Below, piece by piece: positions 20,724 to 28,828 of a stretch of 30,989 nucleotides of DNA. Below the pieces are notes generated by a model, which saw only the letters and a program-made list of their open reading frames with translations, did not search any database and was not told the DNA's origin. Position numbers and translations under genes: made by a program. The stretch comes from a virus (Duplodnaviria > Caudoviricetes): positions 1 to 30,989 of the IMG/VR virus record IMGVR_UViG_3300025035_000074. One strand, 5' to 3'. Position 1 is the stretch's first letter. Every line of letters begins with the position of its first letter.

Positions 20724-21347
20724 ATGGATAACAAAGATAAACTACAAGTTAAAGCACATTTACTACGAAAGTTGATGTCTGAGTTAGATCAAAACTCTGT
20801 TAAACGACTTGCCCCTTCTCGTGATACTTCTGCTATGAAAGAAGTTTCAGTCAAACCGAATAAGCAAAATATGTCGCAACTATATGTTGAAGCAGTTGAA
20901 AAACAATTTAACATCAAGCCGTCAGTTAAAGCAGCAACTAACAATAATATTGTATTGGCTGGTGAGCAAAAAGTTGATGACACAATAGTAACACAAGGTG
21001 ACCGTGTATTAGTAAAAGATCAAGATAAACCTAATCAGAATGGTATCTATGTTGTATCAAAAGATAACTGGTCTCGTGCTTTAGACGCAAAAACAACAGA
21101 TACTATTGGCAATAATATGTTCACTTTTGTTGAGCAGGGAACTGTAAACGGTGGTGAGGGATATGCGACTGTTATTCCAAGTATTTTTGAAATGAATAAA
21201 ACTCCTATGATCTGGGCACCGTTCAATGAGAAGAAAGATAATGCTGGAAACTTACGCAAGGGTGGTGGGGCAATGTTGTCAAGCACAAGCCCAACAAGTT
21301 TGGATGCTGATCTTTTGACGGGGGTTGGTGATATGGGAGCATACTAA
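20724..21347 (+). CDS. Virion fibre/decoration-type protein
   Basis: Contains the widespread phage structural module SVKAAT..NI.L.G.Q.VD......GDRVLVKDQ....NGIYVV....WSRA.DA; AATAAATA at 20698-20705 upstream. Confidence 0.65.
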   Translation: MDNKDKLQVKAHLLRKLMSELDQNSVKRLAPSRDTSAMKEVSVKPNKQNMSQLYVEAVEKQFNIKPSVKAATNNNIVLAGEQKVDDTIVTQGDRVLVKDQDKPNQNGIYVVSKDNWSRALDAKTTDTIGNNMFTFVEQGTVNGGEGYATVIPSIFEMNKTPMIWAPFNEKKDNAGNLRKGGGAMLSSTSPTSLDADLLTGVGDMGAY

Positions 21348-24334
21348 TGGCTTATGTAAATAAATTTAAACGATCAGCAACACCAGGTAAAGTTCCTACC
21401 ACAAGTGATTTAGAACTTGGTGAAGTATCCATCAACACATACGACGGTCGTATGTATATGCGGATCAACAACGGTGTAGATGCTATAGTTGAGATAACAG
21501 GATCTGGGATTACGGGCAATCCTGCGTGGGGTTTGATCACTGGCTCTATTGGAGCACAAACTGATTTACAAACTGCTCTAAGCACAAAACAACCACTTGA
21601 TGGCGATTTAACTGCTATTGGCGCACTTACTGGGACATTTGGTCTGCTTAAAAAGACTGCTGCCAACACTTGGGAGTTAGACGCAACTGGTTACGCAAGT
21701 GCGACTCATGTCCATACTGGTGTGTATGAACCAGCAAATGCTAATATTCAGTCACACATTAGTTCCACATCTAACCCACACAATGTAACAAAAGCACAGA
21801 TCGGGTTAGACAATGTTAATAACACAAGTGATATTAACAAACCTGTTTCTATTGCCTCTCAAACTGCTTTAGATTTAAAGAGTAATATAGGACACACTCA
21901 CACCGGAGTATATGAGCCAGCAAATGCTAACATTCAAACTCACATTAGTGACACTAACAACCCACATAGTGTAACTGCTAACCAAGTTCTTCCAACACAA
22001 ACTGGAAATAGTGGAAAAGTATTAGGAACAGACGGAGCAACAGTAAGTTGGGTAGTAATGTCAGGTGGTGGTGGTGACATATATCAGCCAGTTGACGGTG
22101 ATTTGACTGCCATTGCTGCTTTGTCAGGAACAAGTGGGTTATTGAAGAAAACTGCTGCTAATATTTGGACATTAGATACTAATGCTTACACTACTAATAC
22201 TGGAACGGTAACTTCTGTTGCTGCTATAACTCTTGGAACTACCGGAACAGATTTAAATTCATCAGTCGCAACTGGAACAACTACTCCAGTTATTACACTG
22301 AATATCCCTACCGCAAGCGCAAGTAATAGAGGTGCGTTATCTGCTGCTGATTGGACTACTTTTAATAATAAGCAACCAGCAGGTTCTTATTTGACATCAG
22401 CCGTAACATCTGTTAGTGGGAATGGCACAGTATCTGGGCTAACATTATCTGGATCAGTAACAACTACTGGAAGTTTAACATTAGGCGGCACCTTAGCAGT
22501 TACCCCAAGTAACTTTACATCACAAACGCAAAAGACATTCCTCGCTGCCCCAAACGCAATTAACGGGACACCCTCATTTAGAACAATTGTATCAAGTGAT
22601 ATCCCCACATTAAATCAAAATACAACTGGTAGCGCAGGATCTACTGCTGCTTCAATAACATTTAACAACAGTGGCATAGGGGATGCCAGCGGTTCTACAT
22701 TTAACGGATCGTTATCACGCACAATTTCGTATAATAGTATTGGCGCAAGCCCATTGGCAGGTAGTGTAAGTCTTACAACTACAGGAACAGTAACAACTGG
22801 CACTTGGTCTGGATTATTTGGTGCTGTGTCAGGAGCAAATCTTACTACACTAAACGCAAGCAATTTATCATCTGGAACTGTTGGAACAGCAAGGTTAGGA
22901 ACTGGCACGGCAGACAGCACAACTTACTTACGAGGTGACGGCACTTGGGCTACTCCTACTGGTGGAGGGGGTGGTGGTGGTAGTGGAGTAACATCTGTCG
23001 CAATGACAGTGCCAACTGGATTGACTGTCACTGGATCACCTATTACATCAGTAGGAACACTGGCTCTGACAATGACTGCTGGCTATGCGATTCCAACTAC
23101 AGCAAGTCAAACTAACTGGAATACAGCATATACTGATAGAAATAAGTGGGATGGCGGTTCTACTGGGTTAACCGCATCTACTGGTCGCACCAGTTTAGGG
23201 GCAAATACTGTTGGCAGCAACCTATTCACATTATCCAATCCGTCTGCGATTACATTTCTGAGAATCAATGCTGACAACACTGTATCTACACTAAATGCTG
23301 CTGATTTTAGAACCGCAATAGGGGCAGGCACAAGTTCTACTACTGGAACAGTAACTTCTGTTGCTGCTATAACTCTTGGAACTACCGGGACAGATTTATC
23401 GTCAAGCATTGTTAATGGAACTACCACTCCAGTTATTACATTAAACGTCCCTACCGCAAGCGCAAGTAATAGAGGTGCGTTATCTGCTGCTGATTGGACT
23501 ACTTTTAATAATAAGCAACCAGCAGGTTCTTATTTAACATCAGCCGTAACATCTGTCGCAATGACAGTGCCAACTGGATTGACTGTCACTGGATCACCTA
23601 TCACATCAACCGGCACTTTGGCTCTGGCAATGACTGCTGGCTATGCGATTCCAACTACAGCAAGTCAAACTAACTGGAATACAGCATATACTGATAGAAA
23701 TAAGTGGGATGGCGGTTCTACTGGGTTAACCGCATCTACTGGTCGCACTTCATTAGGCGGAACAACTGTTGGGTCAAACTTCTTTACTCTAACAAATCCA
23801 ACTGCTATTACTTTTCCACGAATCAATGCTGATAATACAGTATCAACACTAAATGCTGCTGATTTTAGAACCGCAATAGGGGCAGGCACAAGTTCTACTA
23901 CTGGAACAGTAACTTCTGTCGCAGCACTAACTCTTGGAACTACCGGAACAGATTTAAATTCATCAGTCGCAACTGGAACAACTACTCCAGTTATTACACT
24001 GAATATCCCAACTGCGTCTGCTGCTAATAGAGGTGCTTTATCTGCTGCTGATTGGACTACTTTTAATAATAAGACAAGTAATACAGGAACAGTGACTACA
24101 GCATCTGTAGTAACAGCTAACGGATTCGCAGGAACAGTTGCGACCGCCACATCTACACCAGCAATAACAGTTTCAACAACAGTTACCGGTTTAGTAAAGG
24201 GTAATGGAACAGCACTTTCAGCAGCAACAGCAGGGACTGACTATTTGGCATTCAGTGGTTTATCTAAAATCACAGTGGGGACTACTGCCCCAAGTTCACC
24301 AGCAGTTGGTGATTTATGGTTTGATACTAACTAA
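21347..24334 (+). CDS. Long repetitive tail fibre
   Basis: N-terminal KRSATPGKVPTTSDLELGEVSINTYDGRMY anchor module; NPHNVTKAQIGLDNVNNTSD module; several internal duplications; ends in TAPSSPAVGDLWFDTN. Confidence 0.82.
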   Translation: MAYVNKFKRSATPGKVPTTSDLELGEVSINTYDGRMYMRINNGVDAIVEITGSGITGNPAWGLITGSIGAQTDLQTALSTKQPLDGDLTAIGALTGTFGLLKKTAANTWELDATGYASATHVHTGVYEPANANIQSHISSTSNPHNVTKAQIGLDNVNNTSDINKPVSIASQTALDLKSNIGHTHTGVYEPANANIQTHISDTNNPHSVTANQVLPTQTGNSGKVLGTDGATVSWVVMSGGGGDIYQPVDGDLTAIAALSGTSGLLKKTAANIWTLDTNAYTTNTGTVTSVAAITLGTTGTDLNSSVATGTTTPVITLNIPTASASNRGALSAADWTTFNNKQPAGSYLTSAVTSVSGNGTVSGLTLSGSVTTTGSLTLGGTLAVTPSNFTSQTQKTFLAAPNAINGTPSFRTIVSSDIPTLNQNTTGSAGSTAASITFNNSGIGDASGSTFNGSLSRTISYNSIGASPLAGSVSLTTTGTVTTGTWSGLFGAVSGANLTTLNASNLSSGTVGTARLGTGTADSTTYLRGDGTWATPTGGGGGGGSGVTSVAMTVPTGLTVTGSPITSVGTLALTMTAGYAIPTTASQTNWNTAYTDRNKWDGGSTGLTASTGRTSLGANTVGSNLFTLSNPSAITFLRINADNTVSTLNAADFRTAIGAGTSSTTGTVTSVAAITLGTTGTDLSSSIVNGTTTPVITLNVPTASASNRGALSAADWTTFNNKQPAGSYLTSAVTSVAMTVPTGLTVTGSPITSTGTLALAMTAGYAIPTTASQTNWNTAYTDRNKWDGGSTGLTASTGRTSLGGTTVGSNFFTLTNPTAITFPRINADNTVSTLNAADFRTAIGAGTSSTTGTVTSVAALTLGTTGTDLNSSVATGTTTPVITLNIPTASAANRGALSAADWTTFNNKTSNTGTVTTASVVTANGFAGTVATATSTPAITVSTTVTGLVKGNGTALSAATAGTDYLAFSGLSKITVGTTAPSSPAVGDLWFDTN
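22988..24073 (+). repeat. 558-bp (186-codon) near-tandem duplication within the fibre gene
   Basis: GTAACATCTGTCGCAATGACAGTG... begins at 22988 and again at 23546. The TVTSVAAITLGTTGTDL...WTTFNNK sub-module occurs three times (~22200, ~23341, ~23900). Confidence 0.9.
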
Positions 24335-24345
24335 TAGGAGATGAT

Positions 24346-25503
24346 ATGGCTATTAGTTATATAGGGTCAGCATCTGGCATTAAGACTGTTTCAATACCAG
24401 CACATCAAAGAGATGATCTTATTATCATCTTTGCGTTTAGAGATGGTAATGTAACAGCACCTGCTCTTCCAGCAGGATGGACGAATATAAGATTTGCTGG
24501 CGCAAACGCCTGCTCAGGAAGAATTGGTTATAAATTAGCATCATCGTCAAGTGAAGTGTCAGGCACGTGGGCGAATGCTTCCTCAGTAGTATGCGCAGTA
24601 TATCGTGGGGTCAATCGTGCGACACCCATTGGCGGTAATAGCACTTCTGCTGCGGCAAGCACAAATGTTACTTATAATACAGTTACTATGGCAAACTCAA
24701 CTGGCTCTAGTTGGGTAGTTGGGGTAGCAGGACACCGCGCAGTCAATACTAACTTACAGAATGCACCTACGGGGATGACAAACCGTATCAATGTAGTAGA
24801 TGCAGCAGACGAAGCATCATTACACGACACAAACGGAGGGGTAACAAGTTGGGCAGCAACTAGTGTGGCAGTGGCTGGCACATCAGCTGGATGGAGAAGT
24901 TTTACTGTTGAACTTCTCGCTGAAGCAGCATTTTCTACAACTGAAGTATATGCTACCTCTTGGTTTGATGGAAATACTACTACTCCAAACAACGCACTTG
25001 GAGCAGCAGACGGAACTTTTACAGAAGATACTACTGGTTTTGATTGGTATGGTCAATGGAATATGGGGAATCCTGGTCATCCGCTAAATGGAAGATTACA
25101 ACGATTAGAAATAACGTGTAGGTCACATATTTTAGGAGCATCATATCTTGATTCAGTTGATATTTACTATAACAATGTATATTCTGAATCAGCAACACTT
25201 ACTAACATAAACAATACTGTAATCTCAACGACTGGGCAGGTGTTGACTTACACATTCCCAGCACATTATTTGTCCAGCGGAACTGATATGGCACAAATAG
25301 GTATATATGCGGTTAAAGGAACAGCAATATTACAAATAGATAGTATTAAATGGATAGCATATCACGACGAAATTCCACCAACCAGTGGAACACTAAAATA
25401 CTGGACTGGATCTGCGTGGGCACCTAAGACACTAAAATACTGGACTGGATCTGCGTGGGCACCTAAGACACTAAAATACTGGACAGGAAGTTCTTGGGTG
25501 TAA
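24346..25503 (+). CDS. Putative fibre-tip adhesin / receptor-binding protein
   Basis: AGGAG RBS; beta-rich DDLIIIFA...PAGWT module; three C-terminal TLKYWTGS(A/S)W repeats. Confidence 0.68.
   Translation: MAISYIGSASGIKTVSIPAHQRDDLIIIFAFRDGNVTAPALPAGWTNIRFAGANACSGRIGYKLASSSSEVSGTWANASSVVCAVYRGVNRATPIGGNSTSAAASTNVTYNTVTMANSTGSSWVVGVAGHRAVNTNLQNAPTGMTNRINVVDAADEASLHDTNGGVTSWAATSVAVAGTSAGWRSFTVELLAEAAFSTTEVYATSWFDGNTTTPNNALGAADGTFTEDTTGFDWYGQWNMGNPGHPLNGRLQRLEITCRSHILGASYLDSVDIYYNNVYSESATLTNINNTVISTTGQVLTYTFPAHYLSSGTDMAQIGIYAVKGTAILQIDSIKWIAYHDEIPPTSGTLKYWTGSAWAPKTLKYWTGSAWAPKTLKYWTGSSWV
25390..25500 (+). repeat. 39-bp tandem repeat (two perfect copies plus a diverged third)
   Basis: ACACTAAAATACTGGACTGGATCTGCGTGGGCACCTAAG at 25390 and 25429; third copy starts at 25468. 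Confidence 0.95.
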
Positions 25504-25526
25504 TAACAACTTTTTCAATTATCTTT

Positions 25527-25534
25527 TATAAATA
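25527..25534 (+). promoter_or_regulatory. TATAAATA box upstream of the holin-like gene
   Basis: Exact T4-late consensus in an intergenic gap. Confidence 0.58.
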
Positions 25535-25585
25535 TAAGCGAAAGCACAACTAGAGAAATCATTAATTACAAAGTTTAAGGAACAT

Positions 25586-25948
25586 ATGGAACATCAAATA
25601 GTAGACATTGACAAGAGACTATCAATTGTGGAAACTAAAATAGCAGAAGTGCCCGTAAAATTTGTTGAAGTTCATACGAAAATTGATTGCCATCAAAAGA
25701 AAGCAGATGACATCGGTATGAGAATGTATACTGTTATGGAAGAGATTAAAGATGAGATAACATCTTTCAAACTTAAAAAAGCAGAAGAGGAGATTGGCCT
25801 ATCAAAACAACTAACAACCTTAGATAACAAAATGGATAAGATGAACGACAAGTATCAACACATCTATAAAACAGTCGCGGTGGTAATGACTATTATTTCG
25901 TCAATAGTAGGAGGTGCATACTCAATTATTTCATTAATACTCAAATAA
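25586..25948 (+). CDS. Coiled-coil protein with C-terminal TM helix (holin/XhlA-like)
   Basis: RLSIVETK coiled coil; hydrophobic C-terminus TVAVVMTIISSIVGGAYSIISLILK; AAGGA RBS. Confidence 0.6.
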   Translation: MEHQIVDIDKRLSIVETKIAEVPVKFVEVHTKIDCHQKKADDIGMRMYTVMEEIKDEITSFKLKKAEEEIGLSKQLTTLDNKMDKMNDKYQHIYKTVAVVMTIISSIVGGAYSIISLILK

Positions 25949-26298
25949 TGAATTATACGAAAATATATGATTCACTTATAAATGCCGCATTGTATAGAGA
26001 ATATACAAAGAGACCATCAGAAGTTCATCATATACTTCCTCGCTCAATGGGCGGAACCAACGATTCAGAAAACTTAGTTAGATTGACTGTTAGAGAACAC
26101 TTTATTGCTCATTTACTATTGTATAAAATGGGATATAACACTCAAATCTTCTCAGTCAAAGCAATTATTCAAGATAGTTTAAATCCAGAGTGCGCCCACA
26201 GATATAAGTTGCCTAAGATAAGATACACAAAGTATATTAGACGACAAATATCCATAACTAATGCGCAAATAAACATATATAGGAGAAAACAAAGATAA
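25948..26298 (+). CDS. HNH endonuclease (free-standing homing-endonuclease type)
   Basis: MNY.KIY..LI...EVHHILPRSMGGTNDSENLVRLTVREHFIAHLLL matches the HNH core of phage Mob-type nucleases. Confidence 0.88.
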   Translation: MNYTKIYDSLINAALYREYTKRPSEVHHILPRSMGGTNDSENLVRLTVREHFIAHLLLYKMGYNTQIFSVKAIIQDSLNPECAHRYKLPKIRYTKYIRRQISITNAQINIYRRKQR

Positions 26299-26306
26299 AT
26301 AAAAAT

Positions 26307-26397
26307 GGACAGTCTGAGACGGCTAATCTCAGATTATTTGATTTATTCCTTTCATAGTTAAAGATCAAGCGATTCAGAAATGTATCGCTTTTTCTTT
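26307..26397 (+). ncRNA. Candidate ~90-nt small RNA
   Basis: Bounded by GATAAATA (26294-26301) and an intrinsic terminator; 5' hairpin TCTGAGA/TCTCAGA; unpaired ATTCCTTT core. Confidence 0.4.
26367..26397 (+). terminator. Rho-independent terminator
   Basis: AAGCGAT-TCA-GAAA-TGT-ATCGCTT followed by TTTCTTT. Confidence 0.75.
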
Positions 26398-26414
26398 GAA
26401 TGGATAAATAATAT

Positions 26415-26516
26415 TGTGTATAGCAATATACGCACATTTGTCTTTCCTGACTCGTAAGCGATGCCTGAACTCATCGCTTACACCCTAAGTTCAGAGGGGT
26501 TAGAAAAGACGCAACA
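26415..26516 (+). ncRNA. Structured 5' leader: hairpin plus three-way junction with kissing loops
   Basis: Downstream of GATAAATA (26403-26410). Perfect 10-bp stem 26454-26463/26472-26481; its loop CTGAACT is complementary to AGTTCAG (26488-26494); closing stem 26440-26451/26499-26510. Confidence 0.55.
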
Positions 26517-26527
26517 AGGAAAGCAAA

Positions 26528-26974
26528 ATGAAAACAACTATACAAATAAACAACACTATCAACGACTCTCAAATTGAAGTTTGGAACTTGCTCAGGACAT
26601 CACCTGATCAACTTCGTGTTCTAAAACTGATAGAGAACATCTTGGATAACGATTATCGTAAGCCCAGTATGGAGCAAGCATTAGTCACTGCCCAACGGTA
26701 TGTGGCTGAGGAAAATAATAATGCCTCAAATGATTGGGAAAGAGTGTCAAACAAAACAGTTGATTTTAGATCTATTTGGAAGAGAATGCCAAAGCATCGT
26801 TATTGCGACTTAGTTATTCGTAGATCAGAGGTAAACCCAACTTATACTGGATTGTATTGTCAACAGCATAACAAGTTATTACAATGGGTAAATGACTATC
26901 AAATTTATTGGTTGATGCATCCATCTGACACTGGTATAATTAACGAAACAAACAACACTGGGAGATATCTATGA
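26528..26974 (+). CDS. Hypothetical protein (first gene of the replication operon)
   Basis: AAGGA RBS; overlaps the next gene by ATGA; H-x-x-C ... C-x-x-H could bind a metal. Confidence 0.7.
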   Translation: MKTTIQINNTINDSQIEVWNLLRTSPDQLRVLKLIENILDNDYRKPSMEQALVTAQRYVAEENNNASNDWERVSNKTVDFRSIWKRMPKHRYCDLVIRRSEVNPTYTGLYCQQHNKLLQWVNDYQIYWLMHPSDTGIINETNNTGRYL

Positions 26975-28155
26975 ACTATACTCCAAACTTCACTGATAAG
27001 AGAGTCATTAAACGAGTCAAGCGAGTGCTTGGGTTCTTGCTATCTCAGATGAAACCGAATAAGCCAAGAGAACTAAGCCGTAACTACTTGAGTAAGATCT
27101 TTGGGCAATCACAAAACGACCTAACTAATTATCTCCGGGAGTCTTGCTTGATCACAACTGATGAGAAGTATTACTTCTTTGCGAGTCCAATGGCAAAGAG
27201 ACCAGGACGAGTTGATTCTGGTAAGTGTAAGGAGTATAAAATTAACGAGTCCAGTATCAATGAGTTGATAACCAGATGCGGTATCACTAAAGAGGAAGTT
27301 ATTCCGAAGAAACCCGTTCGCCTTAATGATGCTCACACCACCACTCGCCCCTATTGTATTACTTCTTTTGGAACGCTAGAACTTGAAGTAATTAAATTTG
27401 GGTTAGCACTTAACTCAGCAGAATACGAGTTTAGCTCAATGCTTGATTCAAACAAGATCACTTACTTTGATAAGTCAAACAGACTATTTGGTGGGACACA
27501 AAACTTAGTGAAACCAGTTAAACAACAACTCCATTACAACCACAACTATTGTTATGAATATGATATTGAAGCCTGTGCCCCAACATTACTACTCCAATAC
27601 GCAAAGAAACTTGGATTGCGTAAAGCACCAATCATTGAATTCTATCTGAACAACAAATCAGAAGTAAGAAATGAAGTATCACGCAACACAGGAATTGATG
27701 TAAAGATCGTTAAACGAGTAATTAACGCATTATTTGCGGGTGCTCGCACTGATGGATCCATTGCTAGCGAGATCAATAACAAAGAACAGCTCAACAAATT
27801 TAAATCCAACGAGTTCGTTAAATCACTCATCAAAGATATCTCTAAAATGTGGGTCGCAATCAAACCAAGTGTTGGAGTCAGATATAACAGCAAGGCAGGT
27901 AAACTAGAAAAGAGATTATCACCGGGAACTAAGTGGTCTGTTTACTTTAAACTAGAGAGAGAAGTTCTTGATGTAGTTAGAGCTTATCTTTGCGAGTCCA
28001 GTAACAACTGTGTGCTTGAACATGATGGATGGACTACAACTAAACGAATCAATGTTGGCGAGTTAACTGCGGTGATTGAATCAAAGACTGGGTATCAAAT
28101 CAAACTGAGTGAAGTAGAACTAAAAGATGTAGTTCTCATTCCGTGGGTGATTTAA
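26971..28155 (+). CDS. Compact family-A-polymerase-palm protein (TV-Pol-like primase/polymerase or replication initiator)
   Basis: Motif A YEYDIEACAPTLL (D198), motif B R...KRVINALFAGA, E in FKLERE, motif C VLEHDGW (H351-D352). The N-terminal ~110 aa look wHTH-like; no exonuclease domain. Confidence 0.68.
   Translation: MNYTPNFTDKRVIKRVKRVLGFLLSQMKPNKPRELSRNYLSKIFGQSQNDLTNYLRESCLITTDEKYYFFASPMAKRPGRVDSGKCKEYKINESSINELITRCGITKEEVIPKKPVRLNDAHTTTRPYCITSFGTLELEVIKFGLALNSAEYEFSSMLDSNKITYFDKSNRLFGGTQNLVKPVKQQLHYNHNYCYEYDIEACAPTLLLQYAKKLGLRKAPIIEFYLNNKSEVRNEVSRNTGIDVKIVKRVINALFAGARTDGSIASEINNKEQLNKFKSNEFVKSLIKDISKMWVAIKPSVGVRYNSKAGKLEKRLSPGTKWSVYFKLEREVLDVVRAYLCESSNNCVLEHDGWTTTKRINVGELTAVIESKTGYQIKLSEVELKDVVLIPWVI
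27286..27375 (+). repeat. Copy 1 of the 60-bp element (core 27316-27375), inside the polymerase-like gene
   Basis: GTTCGCCTTAATGATGCTCACACCACCACTCGCCCCTATTGTATTACTTCTTTTGGAACG, identical to copies 2 and 3; the upstream ~30 nt are also shared with copy 3. Confidence 0.95.
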
Positions 28156-28157
28156 GT

Positions 28158-28351
28158 GTTCGCCTTAATGATGCTCACACCACCACTCGCCCCTATTGTA
28201 TTACTTCTTTTGGAACGGAATAGAACAGAGCAGAACATAACTAAAAGAGGAAGTTATTATTCCGAAGAAACCCGTTCGCCTTAATGATGCTCACACCACC
28301 ACTCGCCCCTATTGTATTACTTCTTTTGGAACGGAATAGAACAGAGCAGAA
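28158..28351 (+). repeat. Copies 2 and 3 of the 60-bp element (28158-28217, 28274-28333); candidate replication origin
   Basis: 116-bp period; both copies are followed by GAATAGAACAGAGCAGAA; non-coding, starting 2 nt after the polymerase-like stop. Confidence 0.9.
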
Positions 28352-28473
28352 TAGAACACTAAGATACAATAATTGAAAAATAACTCATTCTAATCACCAC
28401 TTCTATTGACTGGGGACTAACTAACATACTACTTAAAAAATACAGGCATAAAACCAGTCAAAACGAGCACAAA

Positions 28474-28525
28474 ATGAGCCATTATTTAACAGAAATCACA
28501 CAGAATCTACCAAATAATGGCTCAT
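28474..28525. repeat. Perfect 14-bp inverted repeat with 24-nt spacer
   Basis: ATGAGCCATTATTT(28474-28487)/AAATAATGGCTCAT(28512-28525). Confidence 0.85.
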
Positions 28526-28552
28526 AACTAACACAAATTTAAAGAGGATACT

Positions 28553-28828
28553 ATGGCAAGACTAACACTCAACAAGGTAACATCAAAAGAAGGCAATAAC
28601 TTATTCAGAGAACAAATCATTTGGGACAGCGATGATGTAATTCCAAAGAGGTTTATAACAGATGATATCAAACCAATAAAGAACGGAACAAGTTTTTCAA
28701 GATCAGTCCATTTTATAACACTAACTGAAACATCGTCGGTGGCAAAGATCATTGAAATGAGATGCCGCTATTATGAAACATTAAATGTGAAAATAAATCG
28801 TATAGATGTCAAATTAGCTCGTAAATAA
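28553..28828 (+). CDS. Hypothetical protein
   Basis: AGAGGA RBS, 91 aa. Confidence 0.65.
   Translation: MARLTLNKVTSKEGNNLFREQIIWDSDDVIPKRFITDDIKPIKNGTSFSRSVHFITLTETSSVAKIIEMRCRYYETLNVKINRIDVKLARK

Noticed and set aside
22200-24073. DGR-like TR/VR pair in the fibre gene
   Set aside because: The repeats are in-frame coding duplications with mostly synonymous, non-A-specific differences, and no reverse transcriptase is present.
26440-26510. Hammerhead, pistol or HDV ribozyme, or tRNA
   Set aside because: The conserved catalytic cores (e.g. CUGANGA/GAAA) and cloverleaf/T-loop signatures are not present; kept as an unassigned structured RNA.
28158-28351. Repeat-spacer-repeat pattern as a mini CRISPR array
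   Set aside because: The repeat is 60-78 bp, the intervening sequence is itself shared with the flank of the intragenic copy, and there are no cas genes.
27286-28351. DGR template/variable repeat or retron
   Set aside because: The core copies are identical with no adenine-specific mismatches, and the enzyme has PolA-type motifs (HDG) rather than an RT YxDD motif.
28406-28435. Sigma70 promoter from TTGACT
   Set aside because: No acceptable -10 hexamer at 16-18 bp spacing on either strand.
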